A stretch of 15,773 bases of DNA from an uncultured bacterium (lineage in GTDB: Bacteria > Lernaellota > Lernaellaia > Lernaellales > Lernaellaceae). Numbering within the stretch: position 1 is the first letter of the stretch; each line of letters opens with the position of its first letter. The notes below the pieces were generated by a model. The model was not told where the DNA came from. It saw only the letters and a program-made list of their open reading frames with translations, and ran no database searches. Positions 7,781-15,773 of this stretch are shown in pieces. The stretch is taken from NCBI GenBank assembly GCA_964534375.1, contig CAZHPN010000147.1, forward strand, positions 1 through 15,773, written 5' to 3'. Both the position numbers and the translations under genes were made by a program.

Positions 7781-8142
7781 TCGCCGCCGCCCTGGTGTTC
7801 GGAACGGACGACGGCGCCGCCCGCATCCGAACCTGGCGCTGCGCGGACTGCAAGCGCCCGGCGGACCGCAACTGCGACGGCCGCGACCCGGCGGCGTTTT
7901 ATCAGGAAATCGGCGGCGAAAGTTATCGGCGCTGTCCGCTGGCGACGCTCAACGGCCCGGAGGCGGCGCGGCTGAGCGACGCCGAACAACGCGACCGGCA
8001 GGCGTTTACGTCGCTCTGGCAGGCCTGGCGCCGTTTGGCCGCTTATCATCATTTGCCGCGCGCCGGCGCGTTCGACGAGCAGCCGGCGCGGTTCGTGACC
8101 GCCTGCGATTTGCTGGTTGGGTATATTTCGCTCAATGGGTGA
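7382..8142 (+). CDS. Frameshift-extended tail assembly chaperone (gpGT-like), about 253 aa
   Basis: The -1 frame is open from the slippery site to TGA at 8140-8142 and has no ATG of its own. It encodes CxxC...C...CP and LPRAGAFDEQP. Confidence 0.75.
7768..7774 (+). promoter_or_regulatory. Programmed -1 ribosomal frameshift site A AAA AAC
   Basis: X XXY YYZ heptamer in the correct phase (ACA AAA AAC TCC TGA). Possible stem 7782-7789/7809-7816 downstream. Confidence 0.8.
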
Positions 8143-8176
8143 TGCGGGCGGCCGCCGATGCCGGGTTCTTCCGGGC

Positions 8177-8360
8177 AGCCGCAGATTTCGCCGATGACCG
8201 CCGACGCCCGGGAGCGCCGGCGTCGCGCCGGCCGTTGTCACTATTCGGGCTCCACACCCCCGCGTCCGCGGGGCGGGCTCCGCCACGGAGCCGCGGCAGA
8301 GGGCGATGCGGCCGGCCGGCATTCCGCCATCCGAATATCGCACAATCCGCAATTCGAAAT
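8177..8360. repeat. Spacer containing partial repeat remnants
   Basis: agccgcagatttcgccgat resembles 2744-2765; hairpin GCCGGCG-TCG-CGCCGGC; degenerate AATCCGC/ATTCGAA heptamers just before the tape measure start. Confidence 0.45.
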
Positions 8361-8371
8361 GAGGCAAACAA

Positions 8372-11092
8372 ATGGCAGGCGGCACGGAAACCTGGACCCT
8401 GCAACTGGACGTCGCGGGCGGCCTCTCGGCAATCGTAAGTCTGGAAACGGCTGTGACCGGCCTCAACGCGAAAATGAATGAGGGGTCGAAGGGAGTCGAC
8501 AGCTTCGAAAAAGCGATGAAAAGCGTGGGCGTCGCGATGCTCGGCGCGGTCGGAATCGCCCCGACTGTCAGCGCCGCCGTGCAGGGCGTGGTCAACATCC
8601 TGAAAGAGGGGGCGGAAGAGGCCCGCGCTCTCGCCGCCGCGAATCGCGGGTTGGACACATCGCTGGCGAAGATGGGAATCGCCAATACGACGGCGAAAGC
8701 CCAAGTTGTGGCTTTCGCGGAAAGCCAACATGCCCTGCTGGGCATAAGCGCGGCGGCAATTGTCAAAACCCAAGAGGAATTGATGATTCGCGGCGTCGGC
8801 ACAAAACAGGCCCGCGAGGCGACGGCCGCAATCGAGGACTATGCGGCCAAGCAAGCTCACGGCATTCCGACAGCGGAGGAAGTGGCGAGAGTTACGGCAG
8901 AAGTCACGAAAGCCATGGCATTGGGAACCTCTGGGTTACGGGGTCTCGACATTTTCCTGGATGCCGACACGCAAAAGAAATTCGACAATGCCAAGGCCAC
9001 CGAGAGGTTAACAATCATTACGGAGGAACTGGCGAAACGTTCGTTGGGGCAGGCAGCGAAAGAAACGGCGACGCTCGGTGGCCAATGGCATCTGCTTCAC
9101 GAGGCGGTCATAGGATTCGGGGACACACTTTCCGGCTCCACATCGAAGACGTTGATCGAGATAGTAACGGACATCCGCGAAATTGTTGACGCTGAAAAAG
9201 ATGCAATCCGCATTTTGTCCGTCCCAATGCCGGAATGCTCATGGGTCGTCGATTTGGAAAAGCGGTTTCCGCGTATCATGCGTTTTATTCACGATATGCA
9301 CCACCCTCTCGACGCGCTGCATGATGCCGTGGGGTTACTTGGCGTTGATGGACACACGAAAGAACCGCCGCCCGACGTTACGGGGAATGTAGCTGGCAAG
9401 GCGCTAATCGGCCAAGATTCGCCAAAAAACAGCAAAGGCGGCGGCGGCGGCGCGGCCAGAGAAGCGGAGTTGAGCAAGTACGAACAACTCGTCAAGTCCA
9501 TCCACGAAGAAGAACAAAAAATAACGGACATGTGGGCCGACGAAGCCAAGGTCAAAGGGACGTTGGCTTGGGTTGCCGCCGAAAGCGCGTGGAACAAAGA
9601 AGGGCAGCGCACGCTCGACCTGATGAAACAGCAGGCCGACATTGATTACCGCAAAGACCCGAAAAACGCCGCGCAAATCGCGGCCAACGATGCCTTGCAG
9701 GCGAGCGTGGAACGTGAAAAACAGATTGCCGACCTGAATAAGGAAATCCGCAAAACGCAGGAAAAAGAAGACCCGGGTGTCGCGGCCCTGACCCGCAAAC
9801 TCGCGCTGACCAAAGCGATCGCCGAAATCGACGGCACGCGGGCAAAGCTCGCCGGCAACGCCGAAGAGGATCGCCAACGTGCGGTCGCCGGCCTGCTTTC
9901 GAAGTCCGAAAGTCTGCGCGAAGCAAATCTCGCGCTCGCTTGGGAAATGGCGGACGGGCCGGACCAGCGGCAACTGGCGATATTCGAGAAGCAAAACGAA
10001 CACTTGAAGGCGCAGGCCGAGCTTCGAAAGCTCGACGCGGAACATTCGAACCCGCAACACCTTTCGGACCAAGCCGCCGTCGGCGCGGGGCAAGCGCGCA
10101 ACCAGGCGCAGAAAGAGGCGTACAACCGCGACAGCGACGACCCGCAGGCGAAGGCGCTGCGCTCGATGCAGTCGCAAGTGGCGCTGCAACAGCGGATCAC
10201 CCAACTGCAAAAAGAAACGGACGTGGCGGCGATCGGCGAGCGCATGGCGATGGAGGCGATCGACTCGGTGCTCTCGAAGATGAACGCCCGCTTCGCGCAG
10301 CAGATTGTCGACGGCCGCATTACGCAGAAAATGTGGAAGGACACGTTCAAGGAGATCGAAAAGGGGTTGATCGAAGAGGGGATGAAGGAGGCCGAGAACT
10401 ACGCGATCAAGAAGGCGATGGAGGGCATCGAGCGCGCGATTGCGGCGGTAAAGGCGGCCGAGGATGTCGCGGAAAACGTCGCCGACGAGAAAGCGGCGAC
10501 GGCGGACAAATCCCGCGCGCTGGCCGCAAGCGCGACGCTGGCGTCAACGTCGTCGATGACCGGCGTGTTGAGCGCTCAGGTCGGCATCATGACCGATCTG
10601 GCGGTCATGGCCGAATTGTACGCCAACGCGATGATTGCCGCGGCGACGGCGAGCGGCGGCCCGGCGGCGTTGGCGACGGGCGCGGAAGTGGCGCTGGCGG
10701 TGGCCGGCGCCGTCCTCGCGTCCGACGCGGCCATCGAAGGCGGCGCCGTAATGCACGAGGGCGGCATTATCTACGCCCATCGCGGCTGGCCGCCGCCGCG
10801 GCCCGGCGAAGTGGATATTCGGGCGTTGGAGGGCGAGGGGGTCGTCAGCCGCCGCGGCATGGCGCGTCTGGGGCGCAGCGGCTTCGACCGGATCAACCGC
10901 GGCGAGGGCGCCGGCGAAACGCATTTTCACGCCCACATGGGCGATGCACACGTTCATTTTCACGGCGGGGCGCCGGACCGGCGCGAGGCCGAACGCGCGG
11001 CCGACGCGGTGTACGACCGCATCATGAAACGCATGAAAAGCGACGTGCAACGCGGCCATCATCGGGCGCTGTTTCCGAATGGATTGAGCTAG
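8372..11092 (+). CDS. Tail tape measure protein (906 aa)
   Basis: Longest gene, directly after the chaperone pair; Ala/Glu/Lys-rich, coiled-coil-like. C-terminal MHEGGII...PGEV...LEGEGVV motif is of the type seen at tape measure C-termini. Confidence 0.88.
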   Translation: MAGGTETWTLQLDVAGGLSAIVSLETAVTGLNAKMNEGSKGVDSFEKAMKSVGVAMLGAVGIAPTVSAAVQGVVNILKEGAEEARALAAANRGLDTSLAKMGIANTTAKAQVVAFAESQHALLGISAAAIVKTQEELMIRGVGTKQAREATAAIEDYAAKQAHGIPTAEEVARVTAEVTKAMALGTSGLRGLDIFLDADTQKKFDNAKATERLTIITEELAKRSLGQAAKETATLGGQWHLLHEAVIGFGDTLSGSTSKTLIEIVTDIREIVDAEKDAIRILSVPMPECSWVVDLEKRFPRIMRFIHDMHHPLDALHDAVGLLGVDGHTKEPPPDVTGNVAGKALIGQDSPKNSKGGGGGAAREAELSKYEQLVKSIHEEEQKITDMWADEAKVKGTLAWVAAESAWNKEGQRTLDLMKQQADIDYRKDPKNAAQIAANDALQASVEREKQIADLNKEIRKTQEKEDPGVAALTRKLALTKAIAEIDGTRAKLAGNAEEDRQRAVAGLLSKSESLREANLALAWEMADGPDQRQLAIFEKQNEHLKAQAELRKLDAEHSNPQHLSDQAAVGAGQARNQAQKEAYNRDSDDPQAKALRSMQSQVALQQRITQLQKETDVAAIGERMAMEAIDSVLSKMNARFAQQIVDGRITQKMWKDTFKEIEKGLIEEGMKEAENYAIKKAMEGIERAIAAVKAAEDVAENVADEKAATADKSRALAASATLASTSSMTGVLSAQVGIMTDLAVMAELYANAMIAAATASGGPAALATGAEVALAVAGAVLASDAAIEGGAVMHEGGIIYAHRGWPPPRPGEVDIRALEGEGVVSRRGMARLGRSGFDRINRGEGAGETHFHAHMGDAHVHFHGGAPDRREAERAADAVYDRIMKRMKSDVQRGHHRALFPNGLS

Positions 11093-11169
11093 CGGCCAAT
11101 TGTCATATCCTCACACGGAGACACGGAGACGCCGCAGAGGATGATCCGGCCGTTTCGGGCGCGATCCGT

Positions 11170-11449
11170 ACTGACGCTGTAAGAGCGCCCCCCGCCCCCG
11201 CGGGGGCAGGCCCTTCCGGGCGCGATCTGGGAAATCGCGCCTGGAAAGGCGCTCTTACATTCGCACTGACGCTGTAAGAGCGCCCTTCCGGGCGCGATCG
11301 GGGAAATCGCGCCTGGAAAAGCCTGCCCCCGCGAAGGCGGGGGGCGCTCCTACATTCGCACTGACGCTGTAAGAGCGCCCTTCCGGGCGCGATCTGGGAA
11401 ATCGCGCCTGGAAAAGCCTGCCCCCGCGAAGGCGGGGGGCGCTCCTACA
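11170..11449. repeat. Three tandem 95-bp REP/REPIN-like palindromic units
   Basis: Units start at 11170, 11265 and 11360 (ACTGACGCTGTAAGAGCG...CGCTC(T/C)TACA) and resemble GTAG-family REP doublets. Confidence 0.9.
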
Positions 11450-11453
11450 GTGC

Positions 11454-11480
11454 CTGGATTCCCGCCTCCGCGGGAATGAC
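11454..11480. repeat. REP-like palindrome ATTCCC-N8-GGGAAT
   Basis: CTGGATTCCCGCCTCCGCGGGAATGAC; the core matches the dRS3-type consensus ATTCCC(N8)GGGAAT. Confidence 0.7.
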
Positions 11481-11656
11481 GAACAAAGGGGCGAAGCCGC
11501 GCAATCGTGGGGAAAACGATCATGCCTGGCCTCGCCAACGAAAATCGACAGTCCCTAAATTCCCGGGCCCATAACCTGCGCCCGTGAAACGGGCCTGTTT
11601 TGGCCGCGGCTCTGCCGCGCCGTGCGATCGGCAGACGCTCCCCTCATGCCGGATAT

Positions 11657-11752
11657 CCCACGGCCGGCGCGCTTGACGCAGCCGGGGCGGATTGTGTTTA
11701 ATCTGCGGCATCAACTGACGTTCCGGCCGCGCGGAAACGGATATCACGCCGA
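11657..11752 (+). promoter_or_regulatory. 96-bp promoter/leader block, copy 1 (sigma70-like TTGACG-N18-TTTAAT)
   Basis: Identical to 12883-12978; -35 at 11673-11678, -10 at 11697-11702. The repeat is certain; promoter function is inferred. Confidence 0.65.
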
Positions 11753-11780
11753 GGGTTTACGTGTCGCGAGGGAGTTGATT

Positions 11781-12848
11781 ATGAAACGACTTCTTTTTTT
11801 GGTTTTTGTCGTCATTGCCGCGTTTGCGGTGGGCGGCGTTGCGTCCGGGTGCACGGGCCCCAAGACGGTCACAAGCATGGAACTGGCGCCGAAAGCCGTG
11901 ACCCTGCGCGCGGCGGGCCAGACAGCGACATTGACCGCGGCGTTCAAAGACGGCAGCGGCGCCGCGGTTGGGGCCGGCATGCCGGCGACGTGGTCGACTT
12001 CCGACGCCAAGGTCGCGACGGTGACTGCCGGCGTGGTCACCGCCGTCGATTCGGGCACGGCGACCATCACCGCGACCGCCGGCGCGCTCACCGCCAGCGC
12101 GAAAACGACGGTCGAAATCCCGAAGGCGCTCGTCATCACGCCGACGACGCTGACGGTCGGCGTGTACGAAAAGAAAGCCTTCGCCGCGAAGCTGATCGAC
12201 ACCGCCGGCCGGGAAATGACGGGCAAGCCGCTCGACTGGCAAAGCGACAACGACGCGGTCGCCAGCGTGGTCGGCGGCAAGGTGTATGCCAATCACCAAG
12301 GCGTTTGCACGGTGACGGCGCGTTGGGACGCGGTGTCGGCGACGGCCTCCGTCGTTGTCGGCGCAACGGCGAGCGGTTCGGAGGCGCCGGCCGCCGGCAG
12401 CCGCTGGAATTATCGCACCCGCGCGGACGAAATGGGCCGCGGCGAAATCCGGCAGGCGCGGGTCGAAAGCAGCAATGAGCTTCAGCTCGCGGCGCCGAAT
12501 GCCGGGCCGCAGCACGCGGTCCTTTCCCTGGCGAGCGAGCCGAAATGGGGGAAGTACGCAAATCTTTTCGTGGAGAATGGACAATTCCTCTGCGGCGCAT
12601 CCGGTTGCGACATTGACGTTCGTTTCGACGAGGGGAAGGCGCAGACGTATCGCGCGGTGGAAGCCCTCGATCGGGATTCGAGGTTTCTGGTAATCAACCG
12701 GGATTACCCGCGCTTCGTCGGCAACCTCAAAAAAGCCAGCCGCGTGCGCATCGAAGTGGAATTTTATGGAGACGGCGCTCGCATCCTCGATTTCGACGTT
12801 CACGGCCTCCAATGGGAGAACCCGGCGGCAAAAGCGCCGGCGAAATAG
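11781..12848 (+). CDS. Lipoprotein with two bacterial Ig-like (Big_2-type) domains and a C-terminal domain of unknown function (355 aa)
   Basis: GGAG RBS; signal peptide MKRLLFLVFVV...ASG-C lipobox. Motifs TWSTSDAKVATVTAGVVTAVDSGTATITAT and WQSDNDAVASVVGGKV...GVCTVTA. Confidence 0.8.
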   Translation: MKRLLFLVFVVIAAFAVGGVASGCTGPKTVTSMELAPKAVTLRAAGQTATLTAAFKDGSGAAVGAGMPATWSTSDAKVATVTAGVVTAVDSGTATITATAGALTASAKTTVEIPKALVITPTTLTVGVYEKKAFAAKLIDTAGREMTGKPLDWQSDNDAVASVVGGKVYANHQGVCTVTARWDAVSATASVVVGATASGSEAPAAGSRWNYRTRADEMGRGEIRQARVESSNELQLAAPNAGPQHAVLSLASEPKWGKYANLFVENGQFLCGASGCDIDVRFDEGKAQTYRAVEALDRDSRFLVINRDYPRFVGNLKKASRVRIEVEFYGDGARILDFDVHGLQWENPAAKAPAK

Positions 12849-12882
12849 AAGCTGTAGAATCTGCTGAATCATGTCGGCGATG

Positions 12883-12978
12883 CCCACGGCCGGCGCGCTT
12901 GACGCAGCCGGGGCGGATTGTGTTTAATCTGCGGCATCAACTGACGTTCCGGCCGCGCGGAAACGGATATCACGCCGA
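12883..12978 (+). promoter_or_regulatory. 96-bp promoter/leader block, copy 2
   Basis: Identical to 11657-11752; -35 at 12899-12904, -10 at 12923-12928. Confidence 0.65.
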
Positions 12979-13006
12979 AGGTCCACTTATCGCGGGGGAG
13001 AGGATG

Positions 13007-13753
13007 ATGAAACGATTTTCAATTGGCGGTTGGTTGGGTATTCTGTTTGTCGCGGGCGCGTTGTTCGCCGCCTGCAATGCGCTCGGTTCTCACAAGATCG
13101 GCGGCATCGAAATAAGGCCGGTCAGCATCCTGTTCGAGAAGCCGGGCGACAAAGTTCAATTAACCGTCGCCTATTTCAACGAGAACATAACGAAGGAAGT
13201 CGATCCGGCGAAGTTCAACCGAGAATTCGCGAAAAACGCGGTCGTGTGGTCGACGTCGGATGAAAAAATCGCCACCGTCGACAACGGTTTGGTGACCGGC
13301 GTGAGCGTGGGCACGGCCGTTATCGCCGCTCAAGTGGCGCAATTGACGGCGCACACCAAAGTCGATTTTCGCCGGCCGCCGACGGCGGAGGAACTCCAAG
13401 CCGCCGCCGCCAAACGCCGGCAGGAACAGGAGGACGCGGAGGCCGCCGAACAGGCGAAGCTGAAGGTCAAACAGAGAGCGGAAGAACGTGAAAGGGAATG
13501 GAACGCGTCCGACGCGAAAAAGATTTGCGATCGCCATCCCGGATGGCCTGTCGAGACCTGCGAGAGACTTGCGCAAGGAAAGATTTGGATTGGCATGTCA
13601 TACGATCAGCTCGTCGAAAGCTACGGACGCAAGCCGACCTCGGCGATCCCGTCGGACTACGGAAAGGGCGTTCAATGGCAATGGTGCTGGGAAGGATTTC
13701 AACCGAGTTGTTTCTACGGCAAGGCCGACAAGATTATCACCAGCTATAACTGA
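13007..13753 (+). CDS. Lipoprotein with one Big_2-type Ig domain, charged helical linker and small C-terminal domain (248 aa; alternative start 13004)
   Basis: MKRF...FAA-C lipobox; WSTSDEKIATVDNGLVTGVSVGTAVIAA motif. C-terminal IWIGMSYDQLVESYG.P is reminiscent of SmpA/BamE-like folds. ATG 13007 is the same distance from the leader as ATG 11781. Confidence 0.75.
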   Translation: MKRFSIGGWLGILFVAGALFAACNALGSHKIGGIEIRPVSILFEKPGDKVQLTVAYFNENITKEVDPAKFNREFAKNAVVWSTSDEKIATVDNGLVTGVSVGTAVIAAQVAQLTAHTKVDFRRPPTAEELQAAAAKRRQEQEDAEAAEQAKLKVKQRAEEREREWNASDAKKICDRHPGWPVETCERLAQGKIWIGMSYDQLVESYGRKPTSAIPSDYGKGVQWQWCWEGFQPSCFYGKADKIITSYN

Positions 13754-13917
13754 TTCGCGCATTGCCCTGCCGCCAGCCTGCCGGCCGATCCGAGCGGCAG
13801 CGGCATTTCGCTTTTCAATTCCACGCAATCGCGAGCGAACGGCCGGGGCGCTTCGCGCCGCGCCGCGTTGCCGGCCGGCCCGCTAAATAACACATCATCG
13901 TCGTCAGGGAGCAACGC

Positions 13918-15414
13918 ATGGCCATTTCTCTGCCATTTCATCCGACCGGGTTCGTTTCGCCGACGGTGGTCGACGCCATGGGCGTCAACTGGCCGCCCAA
14001 CGATTACACCGACGCGCCGTCGGGGTGCTACACCTTTCCGCTCGCCGGAACCACGGTCGCGAGCTTTGTGTGCGTCGTCGGCGACAGTCCGTACGCGGGC
14101 ACGGCGTTCGTCGGCCAGACGAGCAACATCGCCACGTACAACGCCGAGAATCCGGGCCAGCCGTGGACCTTCCGGGCGCCGGCGCCGCGCGAAATCATTT
14201 GGTCGACCGATATGAGCAACGGGGCCAACGGTTGGTGGACCGACGGCCACGGCGGCGGCGATGCGCGGCATTATATCTATTGGCCCGATTCCATGGACCC
14301 CTACGGCCCGGCGCTGAACGTCGCCGGCTGGCGGCCGTTTCCGGTTGCCCGCAACAACGCCGGATTCGGCGCCAGTTTCTTTTCGGTTGACGAGTCCGCG
14401 CAGTACGCCATGCAGAACCTGGGCGGCGTGTTCCCGATTCCGCTGCTGTCCATCGGCCAGACGTCGCCGCCGAGCAGCCCCGTGGAATCGCCCGGCGGGA
14501 TGTACCTGACGGGCTCCGACTGCGCAGGCGGCTGGGCCGGAATGAACAATCAATTCGTCGCGTACAACAGCGCGTGGAGTCCGAATTGGGCGGAATTCAA
14601 CGCGCAGGGAAAAGTCGTCCAATACACCGGCTCCGATTCCGGCTGGGAACAGGGGCTTTATTATGTCAACGGCGGCAACACGCTGCTGTTGTTGTTGTCA
14701 TTTGCGAACAGTTCCGGGCCGCAGGCGGGTTGGTTCGTCGGCATGCTCGACGGCGTCTTGCAAAATCAGCCGGCCAGCCCCGTCAACGGCGACACCTACG
14801 GCGTCCAGGCCGGGGCCACGGGCGCGCAATGGGCCGGCAACGACGGCGCCATCGCCACCTATCTCGACGGCGCCTGGACGTTCGCCGATGCGATCGCGAT
14901 GGGCGCCTACCTGGCGCTGCCGCAGGGCGACAGCAACCCGGTGGTCTATTTCTCCGGGGGCCGGGGCCCCGGCAACGCGTGGAATCCGCTCGACGTGTTT
15001 CTTTCCACGATTCCCGATCAACAAATGGTCGTGCAGCTCAACCCGGCCGCAACGGGAACGACCCCATTCGCGCTGCCGCTGCCGACCACGGCGCCGGTAT
15101 GGCTCGGCGTCACGCGCGTCGTCGCCTGGTTGACCGCCGCCGAGCATCTGGCCGGCGACTGCGTCATTGAGATCGGCACGACATCAAGCGGCAGCGAGAT
15201 TCTCGCGGCGACGACCCTGACCGGTTTGACCGCGACGGCGCACGTCTTCCGCAAAGCCATCCCCGACGGGGTGACGCCGGTCATCGGCAATATGGGCGGC
15301 GCGCCGCCGACCTTCGTCAACGCATATGTGACGGTCGTGCAGGCCGACTCGGGCAGCGGCGGGACGCCAAGCGGGACGCTGATGGTGCGGCTGGACTGCG
15401 TGCCGCTGGTGTAG
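13918..15414 (+). CDS. Probable virion structural / tail-associated protein with DUF2793-like domain (498 aa)
   Basis: GGAG RBS; G/P/T/W-rich beta-type composition. QPASPVNGDTYGVQAGATGAQWAGNDGAIATYLDGAWTF matches the DUF2793 pattern as I recall it. Confidence 0.6.
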   Translation: MAISLPFHPTGFVSPTVVDAMGVNWPPNDYTDAPSGCYTFPLAGTTVASFVCVVGDSPYAGTAFVGQTSNIATYNAENPGQPWTFRAPAPREIIWSTDMSNGANGWWTDGHGGGDARHYIYWPDSMDPYGPALNVAGWRPFPVARNNAGFGASFFSVDESAQYAMQNLGGVFPIPLLSIGQTSPPSSPVESPGGMYLTGSDCAGGWAGMNNQFVAYNSAWSPNWAEFNAQGKVVQYTGSDSGWEQGLYYVNGGNTLLLLLSFANSSGPQAGWFVGMLDGVLQNQPASPVNGDTYGVQAGATGAQWAGNDGAIATYLDGAWTFADAIAMGAYLALPQGDSNPVVYFSGGRGPGNAWNPLDVFLSTIPDQQMVVQLNPAATGTTPFALPLPTTAPVWLGVTRVVAWLTAAEHLAGDCVIEIGTTSSGSEILAATTLTGLTATAHVFRKAIPDGVTPVIGNMGGAPPTFVNAYVTVVQADSGSGGTPSGTLMVRLDCVPLV

Positions 15415-15529
15415 CGACAATCGCCGCGCGGAGCGATCTGCGCTGCTATCGCGCGATTTCTCGTTTTGGCGCAAAGATTTTTCACGCTGCCGAAGGCTGC
15501 GCGTTGAACTGGTCGACACGCAGCGTCTG

Positions 15530-15701
15530 CCCCCCTCACCCCCGGCCGCTCTCCCACCGAGGGGCATAGGCTTTAGGATTAAGCGCGGCGATGCTTCAAA
15601 TGGCGCAGAATTGCGCTCTTTGTCGGTCGCGCAGACCTCTCCCCGGAAATTTCGGCTCCCGCCGAAATTTCCCGCCCCTCCCCGACGCAGGGAGGGGCAG
15701 G
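15530..15701. repeat. Cluster of short REP-like hairpins
   Basis: CCCCTCACCCCCGGCCGCTCTCCCACCGAGGGG; GGAAATTTCGGC-TCCC-GCCGAAATTTCC (15645-15672); CCCCTCCC-CGACGCA-GGGAGGGG. Confidence 0.55.
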
Positions 15702-15773
15702 CAGGCGCCGCATTGGCCGGCGGACCGGCGTTGAAGAAAAGGCATCCGGTGTTGTTTCACCACGGCGAAGGCG

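Larger units (their letters stand above)
70..15414 (+). mobile_element. Prophage or phage-derived virion morphogenesis module (non-contractile tail type)
   Basis: Order head morphogenesis - neck - terminator - tube - chaperone with frameshift - tape measure; no sheath gene recognised; boundaries lie outside the window. Confidence 0.8.

Noticed and set aside
11170..11449. CRISPR array
   Set aside because: The intervening sequences are near-identical palindromes rather than unique spacers, and no cas genes are visible.
11622..11780. Shared N-terminal peptide PRPARLTQPGRIVFNLRHQ… on both lipoprotein ORFs (also 12812-13003)
   Set aside because: It is the translation of the duplicated leader; signal peptides with RBSs begin at 11781 and 13004/13007.
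13754..13900. Rho-independent terminator after the second lipoprotein gene
   Set aside because: GC-rich stems are present, but none is cleanly followed by a U-tract.

Overview
A GC-rich bacterial region carrying an all-plus-strand virion morphogenesis module of a tailed phage or prophage (siphovirus-like). Gene order: Mu gpF/SPP1 gp7-like head morphogenesis protein, putative HK97 gp10-like neck protein, head-tail adaptor-like protein, two tandem tail-terminator-like paralogues, a 571-aa tail tube protein, a tail assembly chaperone with an A AAA AAC -1 frameshift site, and a 906-aa tape measure protein. Two moron-like Ig-domain lipoprotein genes follow, each behind an identical 96-bp promoter/leader, and then a DUF2793-like protein. 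All protein calls are by motif recall and synteny, not database search. The unusual feature is the non-coding DNA: most spacers are filled with palindromic repeats of several families. These include a 133-bp CACAGAG/CTCTGTG palindrome found in both orientations between the same flanks and ending a fixed distance from start codons, heptamer-array hairpins, a nested 210-bp insertion, and a 3x95-bp REP-like array carrying a 23-bp mini-insert. The result is a gene-palindrome-gene architecture. No integrase, transposase, reverse transcriptase, capsid, terminase or lysis gene is recognisable in the window.
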